DNA of 43,583 nucleotides from Geosiphon pyriformis uo1 (GCA_016748015.1 JAAOMT010000082.1:4031-47613), one strand, 5' to 3'. Shown: positions 14,061 to 25,894, numbered from the stretch's first letter. The notes: generated by a model from the sequence alone, not told the origin. A program made the numbers and translations.

Positions 14061-14859
14061 TGTTATAAAAGGTTTTTCTTGGTATATTTTAATTGTTAAT
14101 ATCCCGTTTTAATTGCAATTAGTCTCTTATGAGTTCCTCAATTTTATGTATTGGATATTAATAATAATATATTAAAGATTTTTTCTTGATGTTGTAATGT
14201 AAGTCTTCTCTTTAATTCTAGTTGTCTTTATATGTTGTATACTTCTTTATAGAGGCTAATCTGAAATCTACCTATTGTCTGAGGTCTTCTCTGAGACTAT
14301 CCTTGTAACTGTCTAATGTGTTTCTCTAATTTAGAAACACGAAATGTTAATGGTCTTTTCACAATTTTTTTATGTATATAATAAAGCTTTTTTAATTTAA
14401 TTAATAACTACATAAATAATCTTGATTAGGGATTATTCTTCCAAAGGATTCAAAAATAGAATGATAGTTTCATTTACTAAAAAGAATATATGAATTTTAT
14501 TGTTAATCTTGTAATTGTGATGTTAATTCTATTTATTATTTTTATTAATTTTTTTTAAATAAAATTTTATTTAGATATTTGTTGCTTTGAATTGAAGCTG
14601 TTTTTAGTTGAAACTGTTGTTTTCTTCATTATTAAACTTATTATATATATATATAAATATTGTTTTACAAAATAACATTTTGTAATACTCTATTTCTATT
14701 ATTTCTAAATAGTGCTTGTTACTATTGTGAAATAGTGCTTATTGCTATTGCATAGTAGTGCTTGCTGTTATTTGTAAATTATTATTTTTTATAAATTGTT
14801 GCTGTGCTATTTCATGATTGGCTAATTTATAATTCCTATTAAATTCTTGAACTGTAACA
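14061..14859 (-). repeat. Solo LTR (~800 bp) inserted in the LINE1 RT
   Basis: Termini TGTTATA...TGTAACA. Removing it plus 4 bp (GTGG/ATAG, a decayed TSD) restores KHCSG|EILVCFLTLLNACL. Its GATTGGCTAAT (CCAAT) end is shared with the LTR at 25000-25894. Confidence 0.85.
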
Positions 14860-14863
14860 ATAG

Positions 14864-17039
14864 AGAAATATTGGTTTGTTTTTTGACACTGTTAAATGCA
14901 TGTTTGGCTTCAGGTGCAATTCCAACTCTCTAAAAGAGAGCGTGAATTTCAATGATTCCAAAACCTTATGAATAAAATGGTGTATTAGTAAACACTAAAC
15001 TTATTGCATTAATTGAAACTGCTCAAAAGATTTTGTTCAAGATTTTTTCTGATCAAATTTTTTTGGCTTGTAGCAAATTTAACATTCTTCATGGTAATAA
15101 TTTTTTAGTGTTGAAGAGTATTTCAACTCAGTTTCTTATTTTTGCCATTGGGTTAGTTGTTGAAGATGTTTTAAAGAAGAATAAAAAGCTTTGGTTAGTA
15201 TTACAGAATATGCACAAAGTTTATGATTTAATAGTCTGACATCATCTAAAAGCTAGCTTGCTTTGCATCAAAATATGTAGTTAATTTATCAGGTTTTTTG
15301 GTAACATTCATAAGAATAGGATTAATAGGATTATAACAGATTTTGGACTTTTAAATGTTTATAGAGTACACAATAATTTGGATCAAGATGAGGTCTTCTC
15401 TCCACTTTTTTGGAAGATCTTTTATGATCCATTTTTGTGTAAGATAAAGAAACATAAACACTTGTACAAATACAAAATTGATATTAGATTCATGGCAAAG
15501 TCTGGCAGAGTTGAAGCAGTTGGAAAGAAAACTTCTTTTTTGGCAGCTGGCACTTTTGTTAATAATACAATATGGATTGAAAATTGTCAAACTTCCACAC
15601 AACATATTTTGAACATTGTTAATGAGTTTTTTGAAGTTAATAACATTTTAATTAATAACAATAAAACAATAGCTATTCTGATTAATCAAAGTATTAAGTC
15701 TGCTTCACTGTTTATTAATAGTCTGTCAATTTCAATTGCAAAAAAAAAAAAAGCACATAGATATTTGGGCATTTTCTTGTCTACTAAGAGTCTTTTTAAG
15801 TCTAGTTTGGCTTAAGCTTATATAGATATCAAGTTTTTTGCTAATGTAGTATTGAAGAAAATTATCACAAACAAACAATTTTTTTACTTAGTTTCAGCTG
15901 TTTTACAGCCAATTGTTAGCTATAGAATATAGTTTAGTTTTGTCTCTGTAGATATGTGTTATAAGTAGGATATAATGATCAGAAAAAGTCTTAGAGCCAA
16001 AACTGGATTACTACATAACTTTCCCAGTAAGGTTTTGCATTATCTATTTTTGTATAATTTAAAATCTTTTGAACAAGTACAGGCTGAAGAAAGCTGGTCA
16101 TGCTGCTTGTTTTTTCCAATATCCATAGTATTATTGAATGTTTGTTTGAACATAGATTTTTAGATTTGCAAGTTCTGGAATGGTTTTTTTTGAACTTATT
16201 ACAGTATTTTGTTAGATTGTGGGTTAGTTCAGTAAATAATTTTTTGGCTGGTGTGGTAAAATTTTTTTTTGAAAATGAGTTTTTTTTAATAAACAATCTG
16301 CCCAATGTTTTTTGTAGATCTGACAAATTTCCAATATCTAAAATCTTTAGACATTTTTTATATTATAATTCTGTTCTTTCTTTGAAATAATTTGGTGTTG
16401 TTTTTGGTAATAGGCTTTTGAACAAAAGAGGAAAAATAATAAACTAGAAGACATTTTAGCAGTAGAAAAAGTTGAATCCAAGAAATTTTATGCCTTACTG
16501 GTTTACTCTGGTGGCTAAGTTTATAAGCAAGTGAGTTTTTTTGAAGACTGAATTCACTAATATTTCTGAATTGTCAGTGCTAAATGTCTTGGAATCTGTG
16601 ACATTTTCTGATGTCTGTGATAGTCTAATAGAGATTTGGTCTGATTGTATTAAAGTTTACACAGATAAGTCCTTGAATGGTACTGGTTTTGCTAAAGTAA
16701 TGAGTGGTGCAGCTGCTTATTTTTTAGTCACAAACATAAGTATTGGGATTAGAGTACTTGGGCTATTGTTTTCTACTTTGACTGAATTGCAAATCATTGC
16801 TTTGGCCTTAAAGTGCATTCCATTTTCTTGTGCTGTGATTCTGTATTCGAACAGCCAATCTATAATTGATGCTTGTATGACAGAAACTTCTTTAGCTGTG
16901 TCTGATTTTTGCAATTATTGCTGGATTAAGAGATTGCATATAGCCAATCTTATTAAAAATAAAAATATTTTGGTTAAGTGGGTGAAAGTTAAAGGACATT
17001 CTGGAGTTCTGGGCAATATTAGGGCTGATAAATTGGTGG
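14864..17039 (+). pseudogene. LINE1 ORF2 part 2: reverse transcriptase and RNase H
   Basis: ISMIPKP, LIALIET, LDQDEVFSPLFWKIF, AAGTFVNN (FVDD in LINE2), HRYLGIF; RNase H VYTDKS...TELQII...KVKGHSGVLGNIRADKL. Confidence 0.9.
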
Positions 17040-17129
17040 TATTATTTGAAAAAAGAAAGCTTATTAAAGAAAAAAAAAATGTAACCTAAAAAAAAATGTG
17101 ATGAAATGTGAAGAGACACAGAATAACAT

Positions 17130-17568
17130 TGTTACAGATGATTATTTCTGTGGTTGTATTGAATAACAAACCCGTAACTTAGTGCTCAAAAGCTACTTTT
17201 ATGGATAATGTGCAAAAGGTATGATATCTGAAGGTTTTAGTTGATCTGAAGGTTTTGTTATGGAGTTCTTTGTATAATGAACAGAGATTCAGTGTTGATG
17301 GTAGTAGTTTTCCTGGAGTCACAATTATGCCCAATTTTTTTCTCAGCTTGGTGGCCAGATTTATTCTAGCAGTCGTGTCTTTCTGGTAAGCTATCTGTTA
17401 ATATATATAATTCTATCCTTATTTCTGGGTCTTTTACCAGGCTATCCTTGATGTCAATAACTCAGTGCTTAATCTTTTTACTCGATTAGTATACAACAAC
17501 AAAAAATCAAAGAAAGAAAGAAAATAAAAAAAAAGAAAATAAAGAAATAAGCCAAGGCAATTTGGTAT
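17130..17568 (-). repeat. 3' LTR, truncated (U3 half deleted)
   Basis: Direct repeat of 25000-25453 with about 27 substitutions and one A-tract indel. Confidence 0.95.
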
Positions 17569-17569
17569 G

Positions 17570-18490
17570 TTATAGTAATACTTTGTCTCTGATCTTGAAT
17601 TCAACTGGTTTGTTTGGTAGTTGACTATCATGTCTTTCTTTCTGTGTTTCTTGTGACTTTTGGATATTATCAGCTGCTCTTTTTCGTTTGTTTTCCAATG
17701 TTTCTATTAAGTCATATGTTCTTCTTAGCAATGTTTTTTGAAAATTTTCCTCTGTTATTGGTTCAGCTGGATATGTATTAATTTCTCTCTCTACTGGTAA
17801 TGTTGCTATTCTCCCATATACTAATTCAAATGGTGTTGCTTGTGTAGTATTCTGTTTCGTTGTCCAATAAACAAATAGTACTGATGGTATAAACAAAATC
17901 CAATCGTTTTGGTTTTCTTGGCTGAGCTTGGCTATTGCTTCACACAATGTTCTGTTGAATCTTTCTACTAATCCGTTGGTTTGTGGATGGTATGGTGATA
18001 ATAATGGTCTCTTAATTCCGAATCTTTGGCTCAATTCTGTTAATGTTCTGTTCACAAAATGAGTTCCTTGGTCTGATAATAATTCTTTTGGACATCCATG
18101 TTGACAAATCAAATCCTGATAAACGAATTCGGCAACGGATTCTGCATCTGCTCTTTGAATTGCTTTCGCCTTTGGCCATTTAGTGAGATAGTCTATAGTT
18201 ATTGCTATGTATCTGTTTTTTTTGCTGGTGATTGTTAATAATCCAACTAAATCAATTCCCATATAGTTAAATAATTGTTCCACTTTGATTGGTCTTAATG
18301 GTTCACTGGGTCTTGTTCCTTCTCTTCGCTGACAAGCGTCACAATTTTGAACATATTGAATGATGTCTGGGTACATTGATGGCCAATAGTATCGTTTTCT
18401 AGTTCTTTTCATGGTTGCTTCTTTGTGAAAATGTCCTGCTATTGGATTTGAGTGCATGTTAAATAATATTGTCTCTTTTTCTGGCTCCAT
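17570..18490 (-). pseudogene. pol: Integrase (HHCC and DDE core), C-terminus deleted
   Basis: H-SNPIAG-H...CDAC, GIDLVG, LLSDQGTHF, YHPQTNGLVERFN. Confidence 0.95.
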
Positions 18491-18745
18491 AATTACTCTG
18501 GTTGGTTGATCTGGATTTTTTCTATTTTTCCGATGAAGTATATTTTGGTAAGTGATAAAATATTTTGATTGTTGTTTGATACTCCTTCATTCCGTATGAG
18601 ATAAATTCTCCTTGAACTGTTGAGTGTTTAAATAATGTTGCAATTGTTGATATTTTTGTATGTTCATCTTTTGTTGTATTTTTCCATTGGTATTGTTCTG
18701 GTTTTATTATATTTTTGGGTTGAAATGTTCTTAGATTTGTCTTAT

Positions 18746-20020
18746 TCACAATAAACCGTCAGTATTTCTGTTGTCTTTTCCCTTTTTGTAATGTATAGTA
18801 TAATTGTATGGTGTGAGTGCCATTTTCCATCTTGACTGTCTTTTATCTCTAAATTCTTGTTTTTGGAGTAATGTTAATCCCTTGTGATCTGTGTATACTT
18901 CAAACTTCTGGCTCAAGTATTCTTTCCATTTTATGATGGCCCAGTATATTGCTAAGTGTTCTTGTTCTGGTGTTCTATAGTTTTTTTTGGCTGGTGTTAA
19001 ACCTCTGCTGGCATATGCTACTGGATGTTTTCTGCTGTCTGGTCCTCTCTGAGATAATACTGCTCCCAATGCTTGGCTGGATGCATCAGTGGTGATGATA
19101 AATAGTATGCTGGAATCTGAATAGATCAATACTGGAGCTTGGATGAGCTTTTTCTTCAGAATATCAAAAGCTTCTTGTTGACCTTCTGTCCATTCATATT
19201 TTGCATTTTTGTTTTGTAGTTGATTGAGTGGCTGTGCTATCTTGGAAAAGTTCTTGATAAAACGACGATAGTAACTGGCAAATCCCAAGAATGATTTCAG
19301 TTCTGTTATATTGGTCAGCACTGAAAAGTTCTTTACTATCTCTATTTTCTCTGGATCCGTTTTGATGCTGTCTTTGCTGACTATGTGTCCCAAGAATTTG
19401 AGTTCTGTCTTGCCAAAAAAGCACTTTGTCGCATTTAACTTTAGTCTTGCTCTTCTTAGTCTTTTGAACACTTGTTGAAGATAATGAAGATGATTATCAA
19501 ATATCTTTGAGAATACATTGGTGTCATCCAAGTATACAACTACTGATTTCTATAATAAGCCAGTATAAACAATTTCTATTAGTCATTGGAAAGTTACTGG
19601 GGCATTGGTTAAGCTGAATGGCATTACTTTAAATTCAAAATTCCCTTCTCTAGTAGTAAATGTCATCTTCTTTTTGTCAGCTGGATTCATGGCTACTTGC
19701 CAGTAACTACTGTCTAAATCTAATGTGGAGAACCATTTGTTCCCACTGAAAGCATCAAATAATTCCTGTATTTGTAGAGTTGGATAACTGTCTCCACGAG
19801 TTACACTATTGAGTTTCCTATAGTTTACACAAAACCAGATTTTTCCATTTTTCTTACAGACGAGTACCACTGGTAATGACCATAGACTCATTGATGGTTG
19901 AATTAGCCCGTTGTCAAGCATTTTGTTTATCTCTTGACGAATGATCTCATGGCTGGCTGGCAGCACTCTGTATGCTCTTTGTTTGATTGGCATTGCATCT
20001 CCAGTCTTGATCTGATGCTG
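18746..20020 (-). pseudogene. pol: Reverse transcriptase and RNase H
   Basis: FCVNYRKLN, MPFSLTNAPVTFQ, VVYLDD (~19525), FLGHIVS, TDASSQALGAVL, VYTDH. Confidence 0.95.
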
Positions 20021-20563
20021 GATGATGTCAGTTTGGCCAAACTCATTTTCGCTGGCAAAGATGTTGTTGAAATTGTTGAATAGCATCTTGAGCTGTATAC
20101 ATTGAAGTGGATCTAAGTTTCCCAGGTTTATTTGTTCCAATTGTTCTGGTTGGAGCAAATAACATTTGTCTTGTCCATAGATTGTTTGTGATGTGATGTC
20201 AACATATTCACAAAGTTGTGGAAAGTCTGAAATGGGGTTTGGTGGTTGGTTTTCTATTTCTGTGGTTAAATATCCAATGGTGGTTTCTTCTGGTATGTTG
20301 ATGACATTGCCAGTGTTGTTGTAGATGGGAATTTTTATGCTGTTATAGCTTTTGGCTGGTATATGGAAATTGATCAACCCAATCTCTTCTGATTCACAAA
20401 GGGTTGCTTCCACTTCAAAAATCTGTTCTTGCTTCTTTTCCTTCCTTTCTATTGCTAACATGTACTGGCTATATGGTGGAATAGAAATAGCTTGACCAGT
20501 TGAGATAATTTCTCCTTGGCCAACAATTTCTTCCTCTGCCATATTAACTAGTACATCTATTCT

Positions 20564-20990
20564 ACCCGTTGATCCAAATCCTTGTATTCCTCTCGCTGTT
20601 ATTCCTAATTCCTCTCTCTTTCCCACTAACACTAACTGAGCTACTCTAATCAGAGGCAGGAATATTGCCTGTGCTATCTTTTCATTGGGCTCTATTATAT
20701 AGGCTTTTTCTGAGTCATTTTGTAGCATGGTGATAATATTTCCTACATATCCCGTGTCAATTATTTCTCCTCTTATATTGATCCCTCTTTTTGCTAAACT
20801 ACTTCTAGATGCTAATTGAACCATTGTCATTATCAGAATCTCTAGTGCTATTTTCAGATCAATGCAGGTGCGTGAATGTAGTTCTAATTTGATGGCATCT
20901 TTTTCTGGATATCTCAGATCAAACCCTGCATCTATATCATGCACACGTTCTGGCATAATACCTTTCCTATTGTCACTATACCATTTCAAC
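20564..20990 (-). pseudogene. dut: dUTPase domain within pol
   Basis: All five motifs present: AGFDL, SRSSLA, IIDTGYVG, EKIAQ, RGIQGFGSTG. Confidence 0.92.
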
Positions 20991-21229
20991 TCTTGTTCCT
21001 TGAAGAGATCTGATAGGGCAATATATTGTTCATAGTTTAAATCAGGTTTTGAATCTGAGTCTGAATTGTTTTTGTCATTATTGTTATTTTGAATAGAGCT
21101 GGAACCAGTGTTTTCGTCGTCATTGTTAGAGTCTGGATCGCGATTGATCAGCAATTCTGATTCCAATGCACAGCTGCTGATTGGTTCTTCTTCTTTAGAG
21201 ATCGAGTAGATCATGCATGATGGTAGATT

Positions 21230-21855
21230 GTAAATGAAGTCACAATCGTCACAATATTCAAAGTCACTGGGAATTAAACAATGGTGACACAGTTTTGTAT
21301 TTAACTGTGCTAGTCATTGTTTTTGCTCTTCTCTAGTAAGTGCCAAGTTTTGGTAGTGTTTATGGAACTCTTCTGGTTTTAGAAAATTTATAACTGGCTC
21401 TGCATCCCAGTTAAGCTTGATGAATTCTGGTGGGTTGTTTTTAATTGTCCGGATTTTTTCTGGTAACGTGCCTTCAATTTTGGTGGTTGCTATTCTCCAA
21501 ATTTTGTCATCGTTATGTAGACAACTGTCTAATTGTTGCACTGCTTTTTGCCAAGTGGCTTCAATTGGTGTCCCCTTTTTAACCCAGTCGCTGATCAGAA
21601 TTGTGTATTGACACTCTATGTTACATGTTTCTCCACATCCAGGAATGTCATGCCACATTTCTTCATCCAAAAGAGTCTCTCTACAAGCTAAACATGGCTG
21701 ATTGTCCCATTTCCCTACTCGTTTTGGTCTTTTAAAGTGTTCAAGAATGCATGGGTGGCAATAGAACCTAGTTGCCGTTGAATATTTCTCATTGTCCCCA
21801 TAGCATGCGCCCATTGATAACAATTTCTTACCACAATTAACGCATATAAGCTTAG
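21230..21855 (-). pseudogene. Cys-rich domain of unknown function within pol
   Basis: In-frame CVNC, CHPC, CLAC, CNIEC, CHHC and CDDC motifs. Confidence 0.65.
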
Positions 21856-22249
21856 GTCGACGATAGGTAGATTGTTGTGGTATAGTGTAGGTGTTATAAG
21901 TGGTAGTGGTTTGGGTGGTCTCTTCTTCTTTCCCTTTTCCTTTATTTTCTTTGTCTTCTTCCCATTTTCAGCTTGAAGTCGGTTCGCTCTCATCATTGTC
22001 AGTCCATGTTAAGTCATCAGTTTCCCAGATAAGTTCTTCCTTTTGTTTCCCTTTTCCCTTGTTGTTGTCATCCCAGAAGAGTATTGGCAGTAGTTCATTG
22101 TGTTCTTTGTCTGCCCATGACACTTGGTAGGCTTTCCAGGTAGGCTTTTTTTTCTCCTCCTCCAGTTTGATCAATAGTTTCTCTCTTGGAGGAGTTTTAA
22201 AGTGGCCACATATGGCTGGGACATGTATATGTTGGCCCTGATATGTTAG

Positions 22250-22580
22250 CTGGAGTTTTTGGGTGTTCCAGTCTAATGTTGCATTGACTTTGAATAGCCA
22301 GTCATTACCAACGAGAGCTTGGTATTGAGTGGCTTCCATTACTAGAACTTTAATGAGAGTCACGATGCCATTGACTTTGAAAAAAAAGTTGTCAATTTTG
22401 CCGATTGGAGTTTTGGTCGCTCTATCAGCTGTAATGATTCTGGCATTGGCAGTTCGATCAACTCGGTGACCTAATTGATCCATGAGTTGTCTTGTGATTA
22501 TGCTGTCTATGGAACCGCTGTTCAGGATCAATTTGATGGATTGTCCTTTGACTTTGGCATCAGTGTACATCACGGTGATT
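22250..22580 (-). pseudogene. pol: Aspartic protease
   Basis: LILNSGS (LDSG with D->N via G->A) and ALVGNDWL. Confidence 0.9.
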
Positions 22581-22903
22581 GGTTTGGCTTCAAGAGTGGC
22601 TCCACTAAATAATGACATTGCAGCTGTTTCCTCAAATTCGAATGAGAAAATAGCAGCCAATGATTTGTCTTCGGTGATGGTAGCAGGTGGAATATTACTG
22701 ATGAGTGGTTGTTTTTGGGTAAATGCCAGGTTATTAGTTGAAGCATTTTCTGAGGTGACCAAAAGACTTAAATAGTTCTGGGAATTTGGGTTCTGGGGTT
22801 GACCAGTACCCGAATTCCACTGGCGTAATCCAGATGGTTGCTGTGAAGAACTGAGGATCAGTTGATGAACTACTATCACCAATCTCCAGCTCTGTTGAGT
22901 CAT

Positions 22904-24980
22904 TCTCAGTCTTTGGGTTCTGTTGGGTAGTAGGCTTTGGAGTGATGTTTGGATCTGTTGGGGTTAATAGATTATTTGTGGCTGTGGTTAATATATTACT
23001 TGTGGCTGCGGCTGATAAATCGGAGGTTAATATACTGGAGACTGATAGACTGATGACTGCGTCACTGGTAGATAAGTGGGTGGGTTTTGATTTGGGTACT
23101 GATTCGGAGTTTGGAACTGACGATCGGAGTTTCAATATTGATTTTCTGATCATTGGTTATTTAAACACTGACAACAGTCAATTTGGATATGTCCTTGTTT
23201 ACCACAATAGTGGCAGATATGCATTTCCTGTTGTCACTGTCGATTAGTTGATGAAGATGAACGTGGTTAATTTTGGGCACGATTAGAGTTTCCTTGATTA
23301 TTGTGTCGTTGTGGAGGCTGATAAATGGCGTGATTGTCAGCTAAGTATCCTTCCAATTTCTTATTGATTAATTCACTGAACTTCTCCAATTTGGAATCCA
23401 ATTCAGATAATCCGTTTATTACTAGATTAATGGCTTGGGCGTGGCTAGCCTCTGACTCAGGAGATTTAAAATCTCTGGTGCGTATGACTGCATCTTGAAG
23501 AGTGCCTGGATGCAACAGACGTACATGTTGCAAGATGCTGCTGCACAGACCATGGATAAACTGATTGAGTATCTGTGGTGCTGTAAAATAGTTGGCATCA
23601 ATTACTTGAATTTGGCATAGGTTTCGATGGAAGCATCTTAGGTAAGTGGTAACTGCTTCAGTTTTTCCTTGTTTTATGGTGGTGAATGCATTAACTAGGC
23701 GATTGATGCTGTTATTGTTGCTGAAATATCTTAGGAATTCCACTTTGAAGGCATTAAAATCTTGTGGTTTATTAATCAAGCTCTGGTACCATGAATTGGC
23801 AGTATTCTTGAGAAAGTAGAGAATGGCTTGCATTGCTCAAGCGTCATTCTATCCATTAGCTGCAATGGCCTTTTCTATATCATTCAGCCATATTTGAGTG
23901 TTATCCTCTTTGCCCATAAAGTTGTCAAGTTTTGTGATTGGTGCATAGGCCATTGGATCTAAGTTAGGTGGTTGTGGTGGCTGTTGAAGCAGTTGTTGTT
24001 GTCCTGGCTGTTGGAGTGATAACTGAAGTGACTGCTGTATGGGTTTGGCTATGGGATTAATCAGCAGTTGATTGATGACAATTACCAGAGGTAAGTTTTG
24101 CTGGTTAATTAATTCGGAGTTTTGATTTTTTTGATTAGGTGGCATTTGAATATTTGGAGTTTCAATTTCCAGATTTTCTAATTGTTGCTAAGTTTGAATG
24201 TTTGGGGTTTCAACTTCTGGGTTTTCAGTGATCGGGTGTAGGTAAGTGAATTCTTGATCCTTTGATTCTTCTTCCTCCTTTTCTGATTCTGCTGCTTCCC
24301 ACAGATCAGAGATTCCAAAATCTGGTGGAGGCAGTGGTGATCAAAGTCCTGATGGGGTTGATGATTGCGAATTAAATCCCTCAAAGTATTTGCCATATGG
24401 TCCTAACAATTCTGTTTTTTTTTGTCTACTTTGGAATAAGAATTGTCCAAATGCTAATGTCACAGTTGATGGAAATGCATCAGTTGATAATATGTTGATG
24501 GTGCTTCCAGGTGTATAGTGATATGATGGATTGCTTGGGGATTCAACTCTGTTTTTCTTCCAAGCAGGTGGCTGTATTTTCCAGGGTGTTACTGCTGGTG
24601 TTTGTAATTTTCCTTTGCCTTTACTAGCATATGTAATTGGATATTTTTGTTGAGTGTGGTGTTCAATTTCTTTGTTGATCTCAGTGATAATAGATGCAAA
24701 ATTATGATTTGTTGGTAGATTGATGTTTTGAATTAATTCCTTATAGAAAGTTTCTCTTGCTGATTCAGTATTCATTGGTGTTCCTAATAAAAAAGAAATC
24801 TTTTTGTTGACATAGAAATTGAAGGCTGATTTGGCGGATATATGATTGTGGTTTAATCCCAAGTATTGACAATAGTGTTAAAATAAAGATTTTGCGAATC
24901 CTAAATGGTTTGCTCCTATAATTTCTGATTCTGCCACTTTTGGTTTGGTGTTGTCAGTGCTAGTTTTCTGTAGAATTATA
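22904..24980 (-). pseudogene. gag: Gag (capsid-like domain, CCHC knuckle, Q/P-rich linkers)
   Basis: IKQGKTEAVTTYLRCF...NQFIHGL; CHYCGKQGHIQIDC at ~23174-23215; same frame as pol. Confidence 0.9.
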
Positions 24981-24997
24981 CCTCACAGAGAGCACCA
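24981..24997 (-). promoter_or_regulatory. Primer-binding site TGGTGCTCTCTGTGAGG
   Basis: Lies 2 nt inside the 5' LTR and is complementary to a tRNA 3' end CCUCACAGAGAGCACCA (elongator-Met-like). Confidence 0.85.
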
Positions 24998-24999
24998 AA

Positions 25000-25894
25000 T
25001 GTTACAGGTGATTATTTCTGTGGTTGTATTGAATAACAAATCCATAACTTGGTACTCAAAAGCTACTTTCGTGGATGATGTGCAAAAGATATGGTATTTG
25101 AAGGTTTTGGTTGATCTAAAGATTTTGTTATGGAGTTCTTTGTATAATGGACAGAGATTCAGTGTTGATGGTAGTAGTTTTCCTGGAGTTGCAATTATGC
25201 CCAATTTCTTTCTCAGCTTGGTGGCCAGATTTATTCTGGCAGTCATGCCCTTCTGGTAAGCTATCTGTTAATATATATAATTCTACTCTTATTTCTGGGT
25301 CTTTTACCAGGCTATCCTTGATGTCAATAATTCAGTGCTTAATTTTTTTACTTGATTAGTATACAACAACAAAAAATCAAAGAAAGAAAGAAAATAAAAA
25401 AAAAGAAAATAAAATTAAAAAAAATAAAGAAATAAGCCAAGGCAATTTGGTATATTAGTATCTCGTCAATAGCCATGATCAAGAGTTATTGTTCCAGCAT
25501 GATTAAGTATCAATTACTATCAACATGAAATGTTGATAATGAAGAGTAGATTGAGATATGGAATAATTATTTATTTAATGATTGGTTTTTTGGCTAAGAA
25601 TTCTGTGGTATCGATTCTATTTTTTCTGTTTCTAATACTACTGCTATATATACATAATTGGGATTTCTCAATTTCTTGATTCTTCACGATAGGAATCCTG
25701 GAATTTCTGGAATTCTGCGATTTCTTTGAGAGGAATTCTGGAATTCTGGAATCCTGCAATTCCTTGTTGGGAATCCTGAAATTCCTGGAATTCTGCAATT
25801 CTTGAAAGAAATCCTGGAATTCCACATTTACTACGCTTACTTCTGATTGGCTAATAATTATGCTAATATATTTCTTATATTTCTATGAGTAACA
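25000..25894 (-). repeat. 5' LTR (895 bp) with CCAAT box, GGAATTCT repeat array and TATA box
   Basis: Inverted termini; CCAAT at ~25846-25850; repeat array 25690-25824; TATATATA at 25645-25652, a motif also present in the related LTRs. Confidence 0.92.

Larger units (their letters stand above)
17130..25894 (-). mobile_element. Ty3/Gypsy LTR retrotransposon: gag-PR-Cys-rich-dUTPase-RT-RH-IN, with a 3' internal deletion
   Basis: Domain order RT-RH-IN, two LTRs, PBS, termini TGTTAC...GTAACA, and TSD ACAT (17126-17129) / ATGT (25895-25898). Confidence 0.95.

Noticed and set aside
22734-23153. ORF overlapping the protease ORF, suggesting a gag/pol frameshift
   Set aside because: The true Gag frame (with the CCHC) continues in frame into the protease; this ORF is an alternate-frame shadow of a Q/P-rich linker.
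25571-25825. 84-aa repetitive ORF in the 5' LTR
   Set aside because: It is a translation of the GGAATTCT repeat array and is absent from related LTRs.
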